DNA of 64,000 nt from Dehalococcoidia bacterium. Its GTDB lineage: Bacteria > Chloroflexota > Dehalococcoidia > Plut-88900. The position numbers were made by a program, and so were the translations under genes. Of the stretch, positions 37,747 through 48,036 are shown one piece after another. Positions within the stretch are counted from its first letter, which is position 1. Each line of letters opens with the position of its first letter. Location of the stretch: assembly GCA_965207225.1 (NCBI GenBank), contig CBDBLV010000004.1:384001-448000 (forward strand), in the 5' to 3' direction. The notes under the pieces were generated by a model. It made no database searches, was not told the DNA's origin, and was given only the letters and a program-made list of their open reading frames with translations.

Positions 37747-38697
37747 CTATGCCAGACACCTAAGCGGCGACCCGCCGTTGTAGTCTTCCATCTCCCTGAC
37801 TATGGGAGGCATGTTCAACTTGGCGCCCCAATTCTCGCCCTTGATTTCCGAAAACGCCCGGTGGATGTTGCCGACAATCCGCTCCGCATCGTGCCACCCC
37901 GCAAATTCGCCCAGGTCCGCGCTCCTGGCGATTTCCAAGGGTTTCATTCCAGCATCGTATCCCTCCCGAGACACCTGTTGAATGAACTTGAGGTACGCCT
38001 CCGTCGGGTCGAACAGCTCAGGGCCGCAGACGGGCCCGTGGCCCGGGACTATGGTCTCGGCGCCCAGGGCTCTCAGCCGTTCAATGGCTACAAGGGAACC
38101 TGCTACCGACCCCATGACTACAAAGGGCGTGCCTTCGTTGAAGATCAGGTCGCCGGAGAATAGGAGCTTGTGGTCGGGGATCCAGACTACGGTGTCGTTG
38201 GTCGTGTGGGCGGGGCCCATGAAGATTAATTCCAGCCTCAGGTCCTCCACGTGCAGAGTCATCCTGTCCTGGTAGGTCATTGTAGGAGCGGCCAGTTCGA
38301 GGTTGCCCCAATCGACGTTAGGGAACAGCATCCCAATAGTGTTGTCGGGCCTGGGGAGGCCCGCTTCAAGCACCGCCTCCCGACAAAGCTCGTGGGCGAC
38401 GATGGTCGAGCCCCGGAACAGGTAGTTGCCGTGGGTGTGATCGCCGTGATGGTGGGTGTTGACCAGCGTGTGCAAGGGTAGCTTGGTAACACTGCGGATA
38501 GAATCCAGGAACGCCCGGGTCCTGCGCTCTGTGAAGCAGGTGTCTATGACCGTCGCACCCCGTCGTCCGACCACGAAACCGGCGTTGTTCAGGCCCCAGC
38601 TGCCGTCCGCCTGCAGATAGCAGAATACCCGGTCGGCGACTTCCTTCACCTCGGGGGGAGAGAGCTCGCTGCTGGTCGTGACCTGGTCGACACTCAT
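37747..38697 (-). CDS. MBL-fold metallo-hydrolase (cyclase-like)
   Basis: GSWGLNNAG, NTHHHGDHTHGN, PAHT, GDL, VPGHG. Confidence 0.87.
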   Translation of the reverse strand: MSVDQVTTSSELSPPEVKEVADRVFCYLQADGSWGLNNAGFVVGRRGATVIDTCFTERRTRAFLDSIRSVTKLPLHTLVNTHHHGDHTHGNYLFRGSTIVAHELCREAVLEAGLPRPDNTIGMLFPNVDWGNLELAAPTMTYQDRMTLHVEDLRLELIFMGPAHTTNDTVVWIPDHKLLFSGDLIFNEGTPFVVMGSVAGSLVAIERLRALGAETIVPGHGPVCGPELFDPTEAYLKFIQQVSREGYDAGMKPLEIARSADLGEFAGWHDAERIVGNIHRAFSEIKGENWGAKLNMPPIVREMEDYNGGSPLRCLA

Positions 38698-38828
38698 GGA
38701 GGCTACCTCTTTGGGCCAATGGGTGGAATAACGTCACTTGCCGACAATGGCCTGCATATTATATTGTCTGGCCGGAATTCCCAGTGTCCTTGCTGTTAGG
38801 ACTTCGCGCACGGGTACAAGAGAACAGA

Positions 38829-40040
38829 ATGAGACCTCTCGAAGGAATAAAGGCTATCGAGCTCGGGATCTGGTTTGCCGGGCCGGCCGCGGGAATGCTG
38901 CTGGCCGAGTGCGGCGCCGACGTCATCAAGATCGAGCCCCTCGGAGGCGGGGACCCGATACGTGGCCTGGACCTGGAGGAGCGCTGGGGGGCCGAGACCC
39001 CACCCTTCAACTACATGGCCGAAATGGTCAACCGGGGCAAGCGCAGCGCGGCCATAGATTTGCGCCTGGCCGAGGGTCGGGAACTGGTCTACAAACTCGC
39101 CAAGACCGCCGACATTTTCGTAACCAACGTCAGGCCCCAGGCCCTGGACCACCTGGAGATGACCCCCGAGACCATCACCGCTCTCAACCCGAGACTTGTG
39201 TACGGCCTCCTGACGGGTTTCGGGCCCAAGGGGCCGGACAAGAACAAGCCCGCCTTCGACGAGGTCGGGTTCTGGGCCCGAGGTGGGTTTCTGTCCTTCA
39301 TGGGCGAGCCCGTCGGACCCCCCACCCACCTCCACGGTGCCATGGGAGACCTGACCACTGCCGTTTGCATGACAAATGCCATAGCCCTCGCGCTGTTTAC
39401 CAGGGAGCGCACGGGCAAGGGCCAGGTGGTCGAGTCTTCTCTGCTGTCCAGCGGGATGTGGGTGGCTGGATACGACCTGCACCGGACGCTGTTTTCGGGG
39501 GATGACGTCCTCCGGGAGACCCGTACGTCGGCGCCGAGTCCCCTTTACAACACCTACCGGTGCGGAGATGGTCGATGGATCCAGTTCGCCATGCCCCAGG
39601 GCGACCGGTACTGGCGCCCGACCTGCCTGGCCCTGGAAGTCCCACATCTCGCGGATGACGTCCGCTTCAACAACCACGGAAAGATGATGAAGAACCATCT
39701 GGAGGCCATCAAGCTGCTGGATGAAGCCTTCGCCAAGCGATCCCTTTGCGAATGGGCCCCGAGATTCGACGAGTTTCAGTTGGTCTGGGCCCAGGACGCC
39801 CGACTCTCGGAGGTGGTGGCCGATCCGCAGGTGGAGGCAAACAAGTACCTTGTGGAAGTGGAACACGCGGGCCTCGGTACATACAAGGAGATAGGGCTGC
39901 CCTTCGCCTTGAGGGATACGCCAACGCATCCCTCGGGGCCCGCGCCCGAGTGGGGCCAGCACACCGAGGAGGTCCTTCGAGAACTCGATTATTCCTGGGA
40001 GCAGATCATCGAACTTAAAGACCGGTCCGTCATAGCCTGA
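38829..40040 (+). CDS. Family III CoA-transferase (CaiB/BaiF)
   Basis: PLEGIK..E...AGP, GADVIKIE, NRGKRS, GFGPKGP, GD (catalytic Asp), APEWGQHTEEVL. Confidence 0.92.
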   Translation: MRPLEGIKAIELGIWFAGPAAGMLLAECGADVIKIEPLGGGDPIRGLDLEERWGAETPPFNYMAEMVNRGKRSAAIDLRLAEGRELVYKLAKTADIFVTNVRPQALDHLEMTPETITALNPRLVYGLLTGFGPKGPDKNKPAFDEVGFWARGGFLSFMGEPVGPPTHLHGAMGDLTTAVCMTNAIALALFTRERTGKGQVVESSLLSSGMWVAGYDLHRTLFSGDDVLRETRTSAPSPLYNTYRCGDGRWIQFAMPQGDRYWRPTCLALEVPHLADDVRFNNHGKMMKNHLEAIKLLDEAFAKRSLCEWAPRFDEFQLVWAQDARLSEVVADPQVEANKYLVEVEHAGLGTYKEIGLPFALRDTPTHPSGPAPEWGQHTEEVLRELDYSWEQIIELKDRSVIA

Positions 40041-40057
40041 ATACGGGAGGAACAAAT

Positions 40058-40846
40058 ATGAGCTGGGAAACCCTGATATACGACCTGAAGGACGACGGCA
40101 TCCTATGGATCCGCTTCAACCGTCCGCGTTCTCTCAACGCCGTCAACCGGGTCTTTGCGAGAGAGCTGCGGGAGGCCGTGGAGAAGGCTGAAGCCGACCC
40201 CGAAGTCAAAGTAGTAATCCTCACTGGAGAGGGTCGGGCGTTTTGCGCGGGCGCCGACCTGAAGGAAGCGGCGGCGGGCATCCCGCCGGGACAGGAGAAG
40301 CGCAGCACCCACAACCTGCAAACCGTGGCCCAGGTCCTCCGGGATATGCGAAAGGTCGCCATCGCGGCGGTCAATGGTTACGCCCTCGGGGCGGGGTGTG
40401 AGATATCGTTGGACTGCGACCTTGTCGTTGCATCGGAAGAGGCGAAGTTCGGTTTCCCGGAGACGGGGGTCGGGGCGACGGTGACGGGGGCCGGGACTTA
40501 CCTGCTGCCACAGGGTATCGGGCTCGCCCGGGCCAAGGAACTGATTTTCCTCGGGGAGCACATCCCCGCCGCCGAGGCCAAGGAACTGGGCATGGTCAAC
40601 CGGGTCGTCCCCGCCGACAAGCTGGAAGAAGAGGCCACCGCAGTCGCTCACAAGGTCCTGGAAAAGTCGCCGATGGCCATAGCCCTGGCCAAGGCTGCGT
40701 TGAACGTCGGGGCGGAGGCAACTTTCGGGGCGGCCCTTACCTACGAGCGGGACTCCAGCATAGCCGCCTCGTCCACCGGCGACATGGTGAATGCAGGGCA
40801 GGCCTTTAAGGAGAAACGCCCGCCAAAGTTCGGGTCGGGGAGCTAG
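40058..40846 (+). CDS. Enoyl-CoA hydratase/isomerase family protein
   Basis: NRPRSLNA, AFCAGADL, AVNGYALGAGCE, FGFPE. Confidence 0.92.
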   Translation: MSWETLIYDLKDDGILWIRFNRPRSLNAVNRVFARELREAVEKAEADPEVKVVILTGEGRAFCAGADLKEAAAGIPPGQEKRSTHNLQTVAQVLRDMRKVAIAAVNGYALGAGCEISLDCDLVVASEEAKFGFPETGVGATVTGAGTYLLPQGIGLARAKELIFLGEHIPAAEAKELGMVNRVVPADKLEEEATAVAHKVLEKSPMAIALAKAALNVGAEATFGAALTYERDSSIAASSTGDMVNAGQAFKEKRPPKFGSGS

Positions 40847-40849
40847 GTC

Positions 40850-41644
40850 ATGGACGTGGAGCTTGAGGGCAAAGTTGCCGTGGTCACGGGCGGAAGTCTC
40901 GGGATCGGGAAGGCGATTGCCCGGGAGCTGGCCCTGGAGGGCGCCCGAGTCGTGATCTGCGCCCGCCGCCCCGAGCTATTGCAGGACGCCACCTCCGATA
41001 TCGAACGGGAGACCGGTAACAGGGTCCTTGCCGTCCCGACCGACACCACCCAACCTGACCAGGTAGCCAACCTATTCCAAGCTACTATGGCCGAGTTCGG
41101 CAGGGTAGACATCCTTGTAAACAACGCCGCCGTAGTGGGCGGGCTACTCCAAGGGCCACTGGAGGAGGCTACGGAAGAGCTGCTGACTGAGGACCTGGAC
41201 ACCAAGGTTGTAGGCTATTTCCGCACCGCTCAGGCCGCCGCTCCCCTGATGAAGGAGCAGGGGTGGGGTCGGATAATCAACATAGGCGGCATGTCGGGGC
41301 GGTACTCGGGGGTGATAAGCGGCGTCCGCAATGCTGCTGTTGCCCACCTGACTAAGACGCTGTCGGGCCAGCTAGGGCCGCACGGCATCACCGTCAACAC
41401 CATCCACCCGGGCACAGTCCGCACAGAACGCACCGACGAGATGTACGAAGAAGAGGCCACCGCTCAGGGCATGTCGAAGGAAGAGGTCGCACAGCGGGCT
41501 GCAGAAGTTCAGTCTATTGGCCGCATCGTCGAATCTGCCGAGATAGCTCACCTGGTCTGCTTCCTGGCCTCCCCAAAGGCCGCAGCCATCACCGGGGAGG
41601 TGATAGCCGTGGACGGGGGCCGGGGGTCGGCGGTGTTCTTCTAG
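40850..41644 (+). CDS. SDR family oxidoreductase (atypical active site)
   Basis: TGGSLGIG, NNAA, GRIINI, VNTIHPG, ITGEVIAVDGG; no YxxxK. Confidence 0.88.
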   Translation: MDVELEGKVAVVTGGSLGIGKAIARELALEGARVVICARRPELLQDATSDIERETGNRVLAVPTDTTQPDQVANLFQATMAEFGRVDILVNNAAVVGGLLQGPLEEATEELLTEDLDTKVVGYFRTAQAAAPLMKEQGWGRIINIGGMSGRYSGVISGVRNAAVAHLTKTLSGQLGPHGITVNTIHPGTVRTERTDEMYEEEATAQGMSKEEVAQRAAEVQSIGRIVESAEIAHLVCFLASPKAAAITGEVIAVDGGRGSAVFF

Positions 41645-41718
41645 GACGGATCGGGGCAATGGGTGCAGGGACACCGGTATAAACGACAGATCGGATTCCG
41701 ACAGCAAGGCATTCGTGC

Positions 41719-43407
41719 TCAGGAAGTGATCAGGCCCTCCTGCGGCTGCGCCCACGGCAGATTGAAGGCAAAGGACGCCAGCGGGGCCCGAGGTATAGGC
41801 ATCTCCCCGAACGGCACGTCTATGATCACGGGTGCATTGCGCTCAAGCGCCTGAGGCACCATCGACTCCAGCTCCAGCGGGTTCTCCGCCCGCATCCCGA
41901 TCACCCCGAACGACTCGGCGAATTTGACGAAGTCCGGATTGTGCAAATCCGTTTCGTACGCTCCATCAAATCCTTCCTCCAGGTCCCGGGCCACGTTGCC
42001 GTATGAATCGTTTCTGAATATCACGGTTACCAGGTTGATCCCGTACTTGACCGCCGTGGAAAGCTCGGACGCGTTGAACATGAACCCGCCATCCCCTGCC
42101 ACACACACTACTGCCCGGTCGGGCTTGGCCACCTTCACTCCCAAGGCCGTAGGGAATGCGTAGCCCAGGTTGAATGAATAGCCGGAATCTATATACGTCT
42201 TCGGCCGGGTCACCTGCCAGTGGGTGCGTGCATAGAAGCCAAACTGCGATACGTCCCAAACCGTGAAGGCATCCTCGGGAATTCCCTTCTGCAGCGCTTC
42301 CAGCACGGGGTACTGGGGCTCCTTCAGCCTGATATCGTAATAGGCTATGAGGTTGCGGGCCGCCTTGACCGCCTCTACGGGCGACGACCGATCTCCCGCG
42401 CCGACTTCCAACAGGTGAGGAAGCAAGGCCTCGATTGTCGCCCTGGCATCGCCGTGCAGAGGAATTGTGTTGGACTGGACCCTCGTCAACTCAGCGTCAT
42501 CTATGTTTATGTTAATTAACGTTGATGCCTCTCCCGCCGGGTTGCCCAGTGAAAAACGGGCCCCGATTCCTATCACCACATCTGCCGACTGCATCACTTC
42601 GAAGAGCTGGTTCATCTCCCGCCGCTCACCCGACGGACTGAAGCATGACCCGTATGACAGTGGATGGTTGTCCGGTATCGCTCCCTTGCCGCCGCTGGAA
42701 GTGACCACCGGAATACTTGTAGCTTCAGCCAGCCTTACGAGTGCCTCCTCCGCATCCGAACGTGCCACTCCTCCTCCGGCGAATATCAGGGGTCGGGAGG
42801 ACTTTGCAATGATTTCCGCAGCCTCTCTCAAGTCCCCGGAATGAGGCGTAATCCGAGAAATACGCGCCGGATTGCGAAGCGTTACTTCTTCCCGCTCGAC
42901 TCCCACATCGGGGGGCACCTCCATCAGAACGGGTCGTGGTCGGCCCGTACGCATTTGCCTGAATGCTTCGAATACGGCATCCGGCACCTCCCGGGGCCTG
43001 AGCACCTGCTGTTGCCATTTGGTAACCGAGCGCACCGTGCCCGGTTGGTCCGCAACTTCGTGGACGGCGCCCCGATTCTTGCCAATCGCCCCGCGTGGCA
43101 CTTGTCCGGCTATGAGGAGCACCGGAGAAGACCGCGAGAACGCATTTGTCAGGCCGGATGCCGCATTGTAGACGCCTGCACCGGGCACAACTAGGGCGAC
43201 TCCCGGTTTTCCTGATGCCCTTGCATAGCCGTCCGCCATATAGGTGGTGGCCTGTTCATGGCGTGTCGTGATCATTCGGATATCGGGTTCGTCCCGAAGC
43301 CCGGCCACGATCCCGTAGACCTGGATGCCCGGGATGCCAAAAACGACCTTGACTCCCTCCCTGACCAGGGACTTGGCGAGGGCCTCACCGCCGCTCATTA
43401 ACGCCAT
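41719..43407 (-). CDS. Thiamine diphosphate-dependent enzyme (acetolactate synthase-like family)
   Basis: VFGIPG, RHEQ..MADGYAR, GDGGF...N motif. Confidence 0.9.
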   Translation of the reverse strand: MALMSGGEALAKSLVREGVKVVFGIPGIQVYGIVAGLRDEPDIRMITTRHEQATTYMADGYARASGKPGVALVVPGAGVYNAASGLTNAFSRSSPVLLIAGQVPRGAIGKNRGAVHEVADQPGTVRSVTKWQQQVLRPREVPDAVFEAFRQMRTGRPRPVLMEVPPDVGVEREEVTLRNPARISRITPHSGDLREAAEIIAKSSRPLIFAGGGVARSDAEEALVRLAEATSIPVVTSSGGKGAIPDNHPLSYGSCFSPSGERREMNQLFEVMQSADVVIGIGARFSLGNPAGEASTLININIDDAELTRVQSNTIPLHGDARATIEALLPHLLEVGAGDRSSPVEAVKAARNLIAYYDIRLKEPQYPVLEALQKGIPEDAFTVWDVSQFGFYARTHWQVTRPKTYIDSGYSFNLGYAFPTALGVKVAKPDRAVVCVAGDGGFMFNASELSTAVKYGINLVTVIFRNDSYGNVARDLEEGFDGAYETDLHNPDFVKFAESFGVIGMRAENPLELESMVPQALERNAPVIIDVPFGEMPIPRAPLASFAFNLPWAQPQEGLITS

Positions 43408-43485
43408 GATTTATCTACTCCACTCCCTTGGCACGTTCCATGCGGAATGTCACAAATGTGAGACTGAACGAGGGGCAGGATAAGT

Positions 43486-43773
43486 CTAGAGTCCTTCAAC
43501 AACCACCATGTTGATGTTGGAAGACCTGGAGCGAATGTCATCGAGGGCAGTGTATTCGGGAGACCGCAGCCAGGAGTGGACTTGTTCCAGGTCGTCAAAT
43601 TGGAGTATAGCCATCCGCTTCGGTGTCCAGTCCCCCAGCACGACCTCGAACTTGCCGCCCCGGGCCACGAATTTGCCTCCGTGATTCTCGACGGTCTTCG
43701 TCACCTGTTCCATGAACTGCCCATAGAGGCTGGAATCCGTTATCTCGACATCCACTATTACGTATGCTGACAT
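43486..43773 (-). CDS. DUF1330 family protein
   Basis: AYVIV, HGGKFVARGG, SPEY, VVEG. Confidence 0.88.
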   Translation of the reverse strand: MSAYVIVDVEITDSSLYGQFMEQVTKTVENHGGKFVARGGKFEVVLGDWTPKRMAILQFDDLEQVHSWLRSPEYTALDDIRSRSSNINMVVVEGL

Positions 43774-44060
43774 GTTGCTCCTTTACCCCCGATGCAAAGT
43801 GGTCTGTGGCATTGCCCCGGACCCTCATTGTACCGACCAGACAGTCAATTCGCATGTCGTTTGCTGGATTTTCTACCTAGGCTTCCTTTACTGCTTGCGA
43901 GTAGGCTTCTTTCCTCCCCTCCCCCTGTCCCCAAGAAATGAAACGTCACATTTGGACAGTAAAATGATTGCCTTTATCCCGTGCTATTATTGCGGCCATG
44001 ACCAGCTAGTCGACATACCCATCATAATCCCCAACCCCGACCCGTTAGGAGGCAACCCCA

Positions 44061-44990
44061 ATGGCCCGACCCACCCAGATGAGCGTCCTAGTGCCGACCC
44101 ACTTCCTCGGTGACCTCCCGACACCCGCCGACTTCAAAGACTGGTTCCGCGCTGCAGAGGACCTGGGCTTTGCCTCCGTCTGGATCCTCGACCGCATCTA
44201 CAGCCCATCCAAGGTGCCCGACGCCATGACCATGCTCGCCTGGGCCAGCGCGGTTACTTCCAGAATAAGACTCGGCACCGCCGTCCTACTTCTTCCCCAT
44301 CGCCATCCCATCCTCCTTGCCAAAGAGGTCTCGACCATCGACTGGCTGAGCGGGGGTCGGCTGGATTTGGGGGTCGGTCTCGGGGGGCGGGAGATTGAGT
44401 TTCACTCCCTGGGCATGAAGCTGGAGGAAAGGGTAAAGCGGTTCCGGGAGAATCTCGCATCGATGCGCGCCATTTGGTCAGGGCCCGACGCCGCGTACGA
44501 GGGCCGGTTTGTGAATTTCGATAACGTAAACATTGAGCCTAGACCCCTCCAAAAAGGTGACCTCCCCATCTGGATCGGCGGAGAGGCAGACGGCGTCCTG
44601 AAGCGCACAGCCGCCCTGGCCGACGGCTGGATCGGAGGCGCCCGTAACTCGCCGGAGATTCTCGCCGAGAAGATTGGCAAGATAAAGGGATTTGCGAAGG
44701 AGAGAGGTCGGGACCCGGAATCGCTAGGCTACGCCAGCCTTGAATACATGACGATTGACGAGGACGTGGAGAAGGCTCGGGCGCGGAACCGGGGGCTGGC
44801 GACTTCGGTATACGGCCCCGCCTTTGACTCCGATACTTACACCACCTTTGGAGACCTGGACACCTGCGTGGCCCGGCTTCAGTCGGTGGTAGACGCCGGC
44901 TGCAACGAAGTTATTATCTCCCCGCCCGATTTGGACATCACGCATTTGACCCGGCTGGCGGAGGAAGTGGTTCCGGGCGTGAAGGTGTAG
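44061..44990 (+). CDS. LLM-class oxidoreductase (possibly F420-dependent)
   Basis: AEDLGFASVW.LD, RLGTAVL, LSGGRLDLGVG.G, PIWIGG, ADGW. Confidence 0.88.
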   Translation: MARPTQMSVLVPTHFLGDLPTPADFKDWFRAAEDLGFASVWILDRIYSPSKVPDAMTMLAWASAVTSRIRLGTAVLLLPHRHPILLAKEVSTIDWLSGGRLDLGVGLGGREIEFHSLGMKLEERVKRFRENLASMRAIWSGPDAAYEGRFVNFDNVNIEPRPLQKGDLPIWIGGEADGVLKRTAALADGWIGGARNSPEILAEKIGKIKGFAKERGRDPESLGYASLEYMTIDEDVEKARARNRGLATSVYGPAFDSDTYTTFGDLDTCVARLQSVVDAGCNEVIISPPDLDITHLTRLAEEVVPGVKV

Positions 44991-45022
44991 CCCTTCCAAA
45001 ATCTTGGCTAAATTGTCGCGTT

Positions 45023-45463
45023 TTGAAAGTATTCACCATAGGATTCACTAAGATATCGGCGGCGCGGTTTTTTGAGTTGTTGCGGGAGTCGGGGGCCGAG
45101 CGGGTGGTCGACATCCGTCTGAACAATGTCAATCAGTTGACAGGATTTACCAAGAAGAGTGACCTGCCATTCTTCCTCCGAGAAATCTGCGGCATGGACT
45201 ACGTCCACCTCCCCTCCCTCGCCCCGAGCAAGGAGGTCTTCGACGGGCTCAAGAAGAACCACAAAGACTGGGACCGCTACGAGCGGGAATTCCTGGCCCT
45301 GATGGGGGAACGCCGTATAGAGGAGACAACGCCCAGAGAGACCCTGGACAACGCCTGCCTCCTATGCACCGAGGACTCCCCCGACCACTGCCACCGACGC
45401 CTCGTCCTTGAATACCTCCAACGCCACTGGGGCGAGATAGAAGTCGTCCACCTCGTCCGCTAG
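45023..45463 (+). CDS. DUF488 family protein
   Basis: FTIGFT, DIRLNN..QL.GF, LAP, CLLCTE..PDHCHRRL. Confidence 0.87.
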   Translation: MKVFTIGFTKISAARFFELLRESGAERVVDIRLNNVNQLTGFTKKSDLPFFLREICGMDYVHLPSLAPSKEVFDGLKKNHKDWDRYEREFLALMGERRIEETTPRETLDNACLLCTEDSPDHCHRRLVLEYLQRHWGEIEVVHLVR

Positions 45464-45485
45464 TCCCTTCCCTCCAAGACGGTAT

Positions 45486-45522
45486 AAAGAAGCGGCCCCG
45501 ACTGAGTCGGGGCCGCTCTTTT
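45486..45522. terminator. Bidirectional intrinsic terminator
   Basis: AAAGA-AGCGGCCCCGAC-TGA-GTCGGGGCCGCT-CTTTT between convergent genes. Confidence 0.8.
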
Positions 45523-45543
45523 GTCAGTCTATTTCGCCGCGGT

Positions 45544-47193
45544 CTAGTGATCGTAGGGCTGGAAGTTCTGGGTCGTCGAGGCGGCCCAGCGGTCGGTGAT
45601 CACGTTGACGATAGCCGGCTTGCCGGAGTCGAAGGCCCGCTGCAGGGCCGGTTTCAACTCTTCCGGCTTCTCAACATACTCGCCGTGCGCCCCGAGGGCC
45701 TCGCCCAGCTTGTCGTACCGCTGCTCAAACCCGAGCTCGATGCCCGTCTTCAGCACATCGTCACCCTGTCTGCCGGAGGCCCATCCACCGTTCACGTTCA
45801 CAACGCAAACCAGCGGTATGTTGTGCCGGACTGCGGTGTCGATGTTGATCGCATTGATTCCGAAGGAGCCGTCGCCGTGGATGACTAGGGTCTTCTTGTC
45901 GGGCTTGGCCAGGGCTGAGGCAAGGCCAAACGGAAGCCCGACACCCATGCAACCCGAGGAGCCGGAGTTGATCCTGTGACCCGGGTAGTAGGTCTGTATC
46001 GACTGTCGGCCGAAATTCAAGGTCTCGTGGCCGTCCACGACCAACATCGCGTCCCTGGGCAGGAATTCCCTGATTTCCTTCATCATACGGAGCGGGTGCA
46101 TCGGGATCTGGTCGGAATTCAGGGTGGGCTGACTTCGCTCGTTATTGCTGGCCTCCTTGGCCCGCAACGAATCGATCCACGCACTCTTGCTCTTATTCTC
46201 GAAGTTCTGTTCCTTGGCCTCTTCCGTCAGCTGTCGCAGCACCATCTTGGCATCTCCGACTATACCGACGTCTGCGGCCTTGTTGTGCCCGATCTCTTCC
46301 CTGTCCGTATTCACCTGGATAGTCTTCAAGTCTGCCCTGAACCTGGGCGCTTGCAGGTATTGCCAGATCCAGTTGATGCGGGTGCCGACCACCAGCGCCA
46401 CGTCGGCCTCCCTGAATGCCATGGACCGGGCTGCGGGGAAGGACATTTCGTGGTCCTCCGGAATTACGCCCCGAGACTGGGGAGTCGTGTAGAACGGGAT
46501 ACCCGTTGCATCGACAAACTCCTGTATCTCTTCGTGGGCCCGAGACCACATAACGCCGGTACCCGACAGGACCAACGGTTTCTCTGCTTTCGCAAGCATT
46601 TCGATGGCTCGCTTGACCTCGTCCGGGTCGCCAAGGATCCGGGCGTCGGTGCGGGAGTTGACCGGGAATTGGACGTTCGCCTCGTCAACGCGCTCGTGGA
46701 GAACGTCGCCGGGAAGGTCGAGGTAGACAGGGCCCGGCCTGTTGCCCCAGGCTTTGCGGAAGGCCACGCTAACCAGCTCGGGCATTCTTTCTGCCCTGTT
46801 GACCTGTCCCGACCACTTCGTTATGGGTCGGAAAACGCTGACTTGGTCGATCTCCTGGAAGTCCTCCCAGCCGGTCAGGCTGGAGTTGCTGGACCCGCCC
46901 AGGGCTACTATCGGGCAAGCGTCTGTGAAAGCCGTTACCACCCCCGTTACAAGGTTGGTAGCGCCCGGCCCCGAGCACGCTGCACACACGCCGGTCTGTC
47001 CGGTTGCCCTGCTCCATGCGTGGGCCATCATCGCCGCGGCCTGCTCATGCCGCGTGTCGTAGAGCTTGATGCCCTCTTTCTCGGCGTCCAGATAGAAGTT
47101 GTCCATCGGCCCGCCCGAAAGGAAGAACAGATGGGTTACGCCTTCGTGCCTTAGTGACTTCGCAAGAAGTCTATTGCCTGTAATCTCGGCCAT
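45544..47193 (-). CDS. ThDP-dependent enzyme, 2-hydroxyacyl-CoA lyase/oxalyl-CoA decarboxylase-like
   Basis: RHEQAAAMMAHA, SGPG, FQEIDQ, PGPVYLDLP, GCMGVGLPF, GDGSFG. Confidence 0.88.
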   Translation of the reverse strand: MAEITGNRLLAKSLRHEGVTHLFFLSGGPMDNFYLDAEKEGIKLYDTRHEQAAAMMAHAWSRATGQTGVCAACSGPGATNLVTGVVTAFTDACPIVALGGSSNSSLTGWEDFQEIDQVSVFRPITKWSGQVNRAERMPELVSVAFRKAWGNRPGPVYLDLPGDVLHERVDEANVQFPVNSRTDARILGDPDEVKRAIEMLAKAEKPLVLSGTGVMWSRAHEEIQEFVDATGIPFYTTPQSRGVIPEDHEMSFPAARSMAFREADVALVVGTRINWIWQYLQAPRFRADLKTIQVNTDREEIGHNKAADVGIVGDAKMVLRQLTEEAKEQNFENKSKSAWIDSLRAKEASNNERSQPTLNSDQIPMHPLRMMKEIREFLPRDAMLVVDGHETLNFGRQSIQTYYPGHRINSGSSGCMGVGLPFGLASALAKPDKKTLVIHGDGSFGINAINIDTAVRHNIPLVCVVNVNGGWASGRQGDDVLKTGIELGFEQRYDKLGEALGAHGEYVEKPEELKPALQRAFDSGKPAIVNVITDRWAASTTQNFQPYDH

Positions 47194-47372
47194 GTTTTCC
47201 TCCCTGGATTATGCTTCCCGGTCACCGAGGCGTCGCCAGCTCCGATGCCCATGTATTCGAGGTGGAGAAGTCCGCGCGACAATATCTTCTGTTCGCTGTC
47301 GTTCGGAATCGTTCCTCCGCCACGGTGCGCTGATTATAGGCGCGACTATTATTAGCGTCAACGCGGGTCGGG

Positions 47373-48032
47373 CTAGAGCTCCATCTCCCTCAGGTCCGGC
47401 GACACCCGGAGCGGTGCATCCGTCACCGACTGTATATCCTCCACGCTCAGACTTGGCGCGTGTTCTACAAGCGTGAGCCCCTCCCCCCCGACCTCTATCA
47501 CCGCCATGTCAGTGATGATCATGTCCACGCACCCGACGGCCGTCAGCGGAGAAGTGCATTCCCTGACAATCTTTGGAGTGCCCTTCTTGTCGGTGTGCTC
47601 CATTGCCGCTATGACCCGTTTGGCCCCTGCCACGATATCCATCGCCCCGCCGATGCCGCCTATGAGCCGCCCGGGCCTCAGCCAGTTGGCCAGGTCGCCC
47701 TTCTCGGAGACCTGCATGGCCCCGAGCACCGTGATGTCCAGGTAACCGCCCCTCACGATAGTGAAGGCTTCTACCGTATCGAAGATGCTCATGCCGGGAA
47801 GGGCGGTCACGAAACCCCCGCCCGCGTTGGTCATGTGGATGTCTTCCTCGCCCTCGGGTGGGGAGCCCCCAAATCCGACCGCGCCGTTCTCCGTATGGAA
47901 CCATACGGTGCGGCCTTCAGGAATGTAGTTGGCGGCGAGGGTCGGGATCCCGATTCCCAGATTCACCACGTCTCCGTCCCGGAACTCCCTGGCAACTCTG
48001 AGGGCTATGGCTTCCCGGTCGAGCCTGAACAT
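47373..48032 (-). CDS. 3-oxoacid CoA-transferase subunit B (second pair)
   Basis: VNLGIGIPT, TENG, LGAMQV, GDLANW, GGAMD. Confidence 0.92.
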   Translation of the reverse strand: MFRLDREAIALRVAREFRDGDVVNLGIGIPTLAANYIPEGRTVWFHTENGAVGFGGSPPEGEEDIHMTNAGGGFVTALPGMSIFDTVEAFTIVRGGYLDITVLGAMQVSEKGDLANWLRPGRLIGGIGGAMDIVAGAKRVIAAMEHTDKKGTPKIVRECTSPLTAVGCVDMIITDMAVIEVGGEGLTLVEHAPSLSVEDIQSVTDAPLRVSPDLREMEL

Positions 48033-48036
48033 CCGA

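Noticed and set aside
42507-42517. TTATGTTAATT as a second dif-like arm
   Set aside because: It lies inside a coding sequence (encodes LININI on the minus strand) and has no plausible XerC arm.
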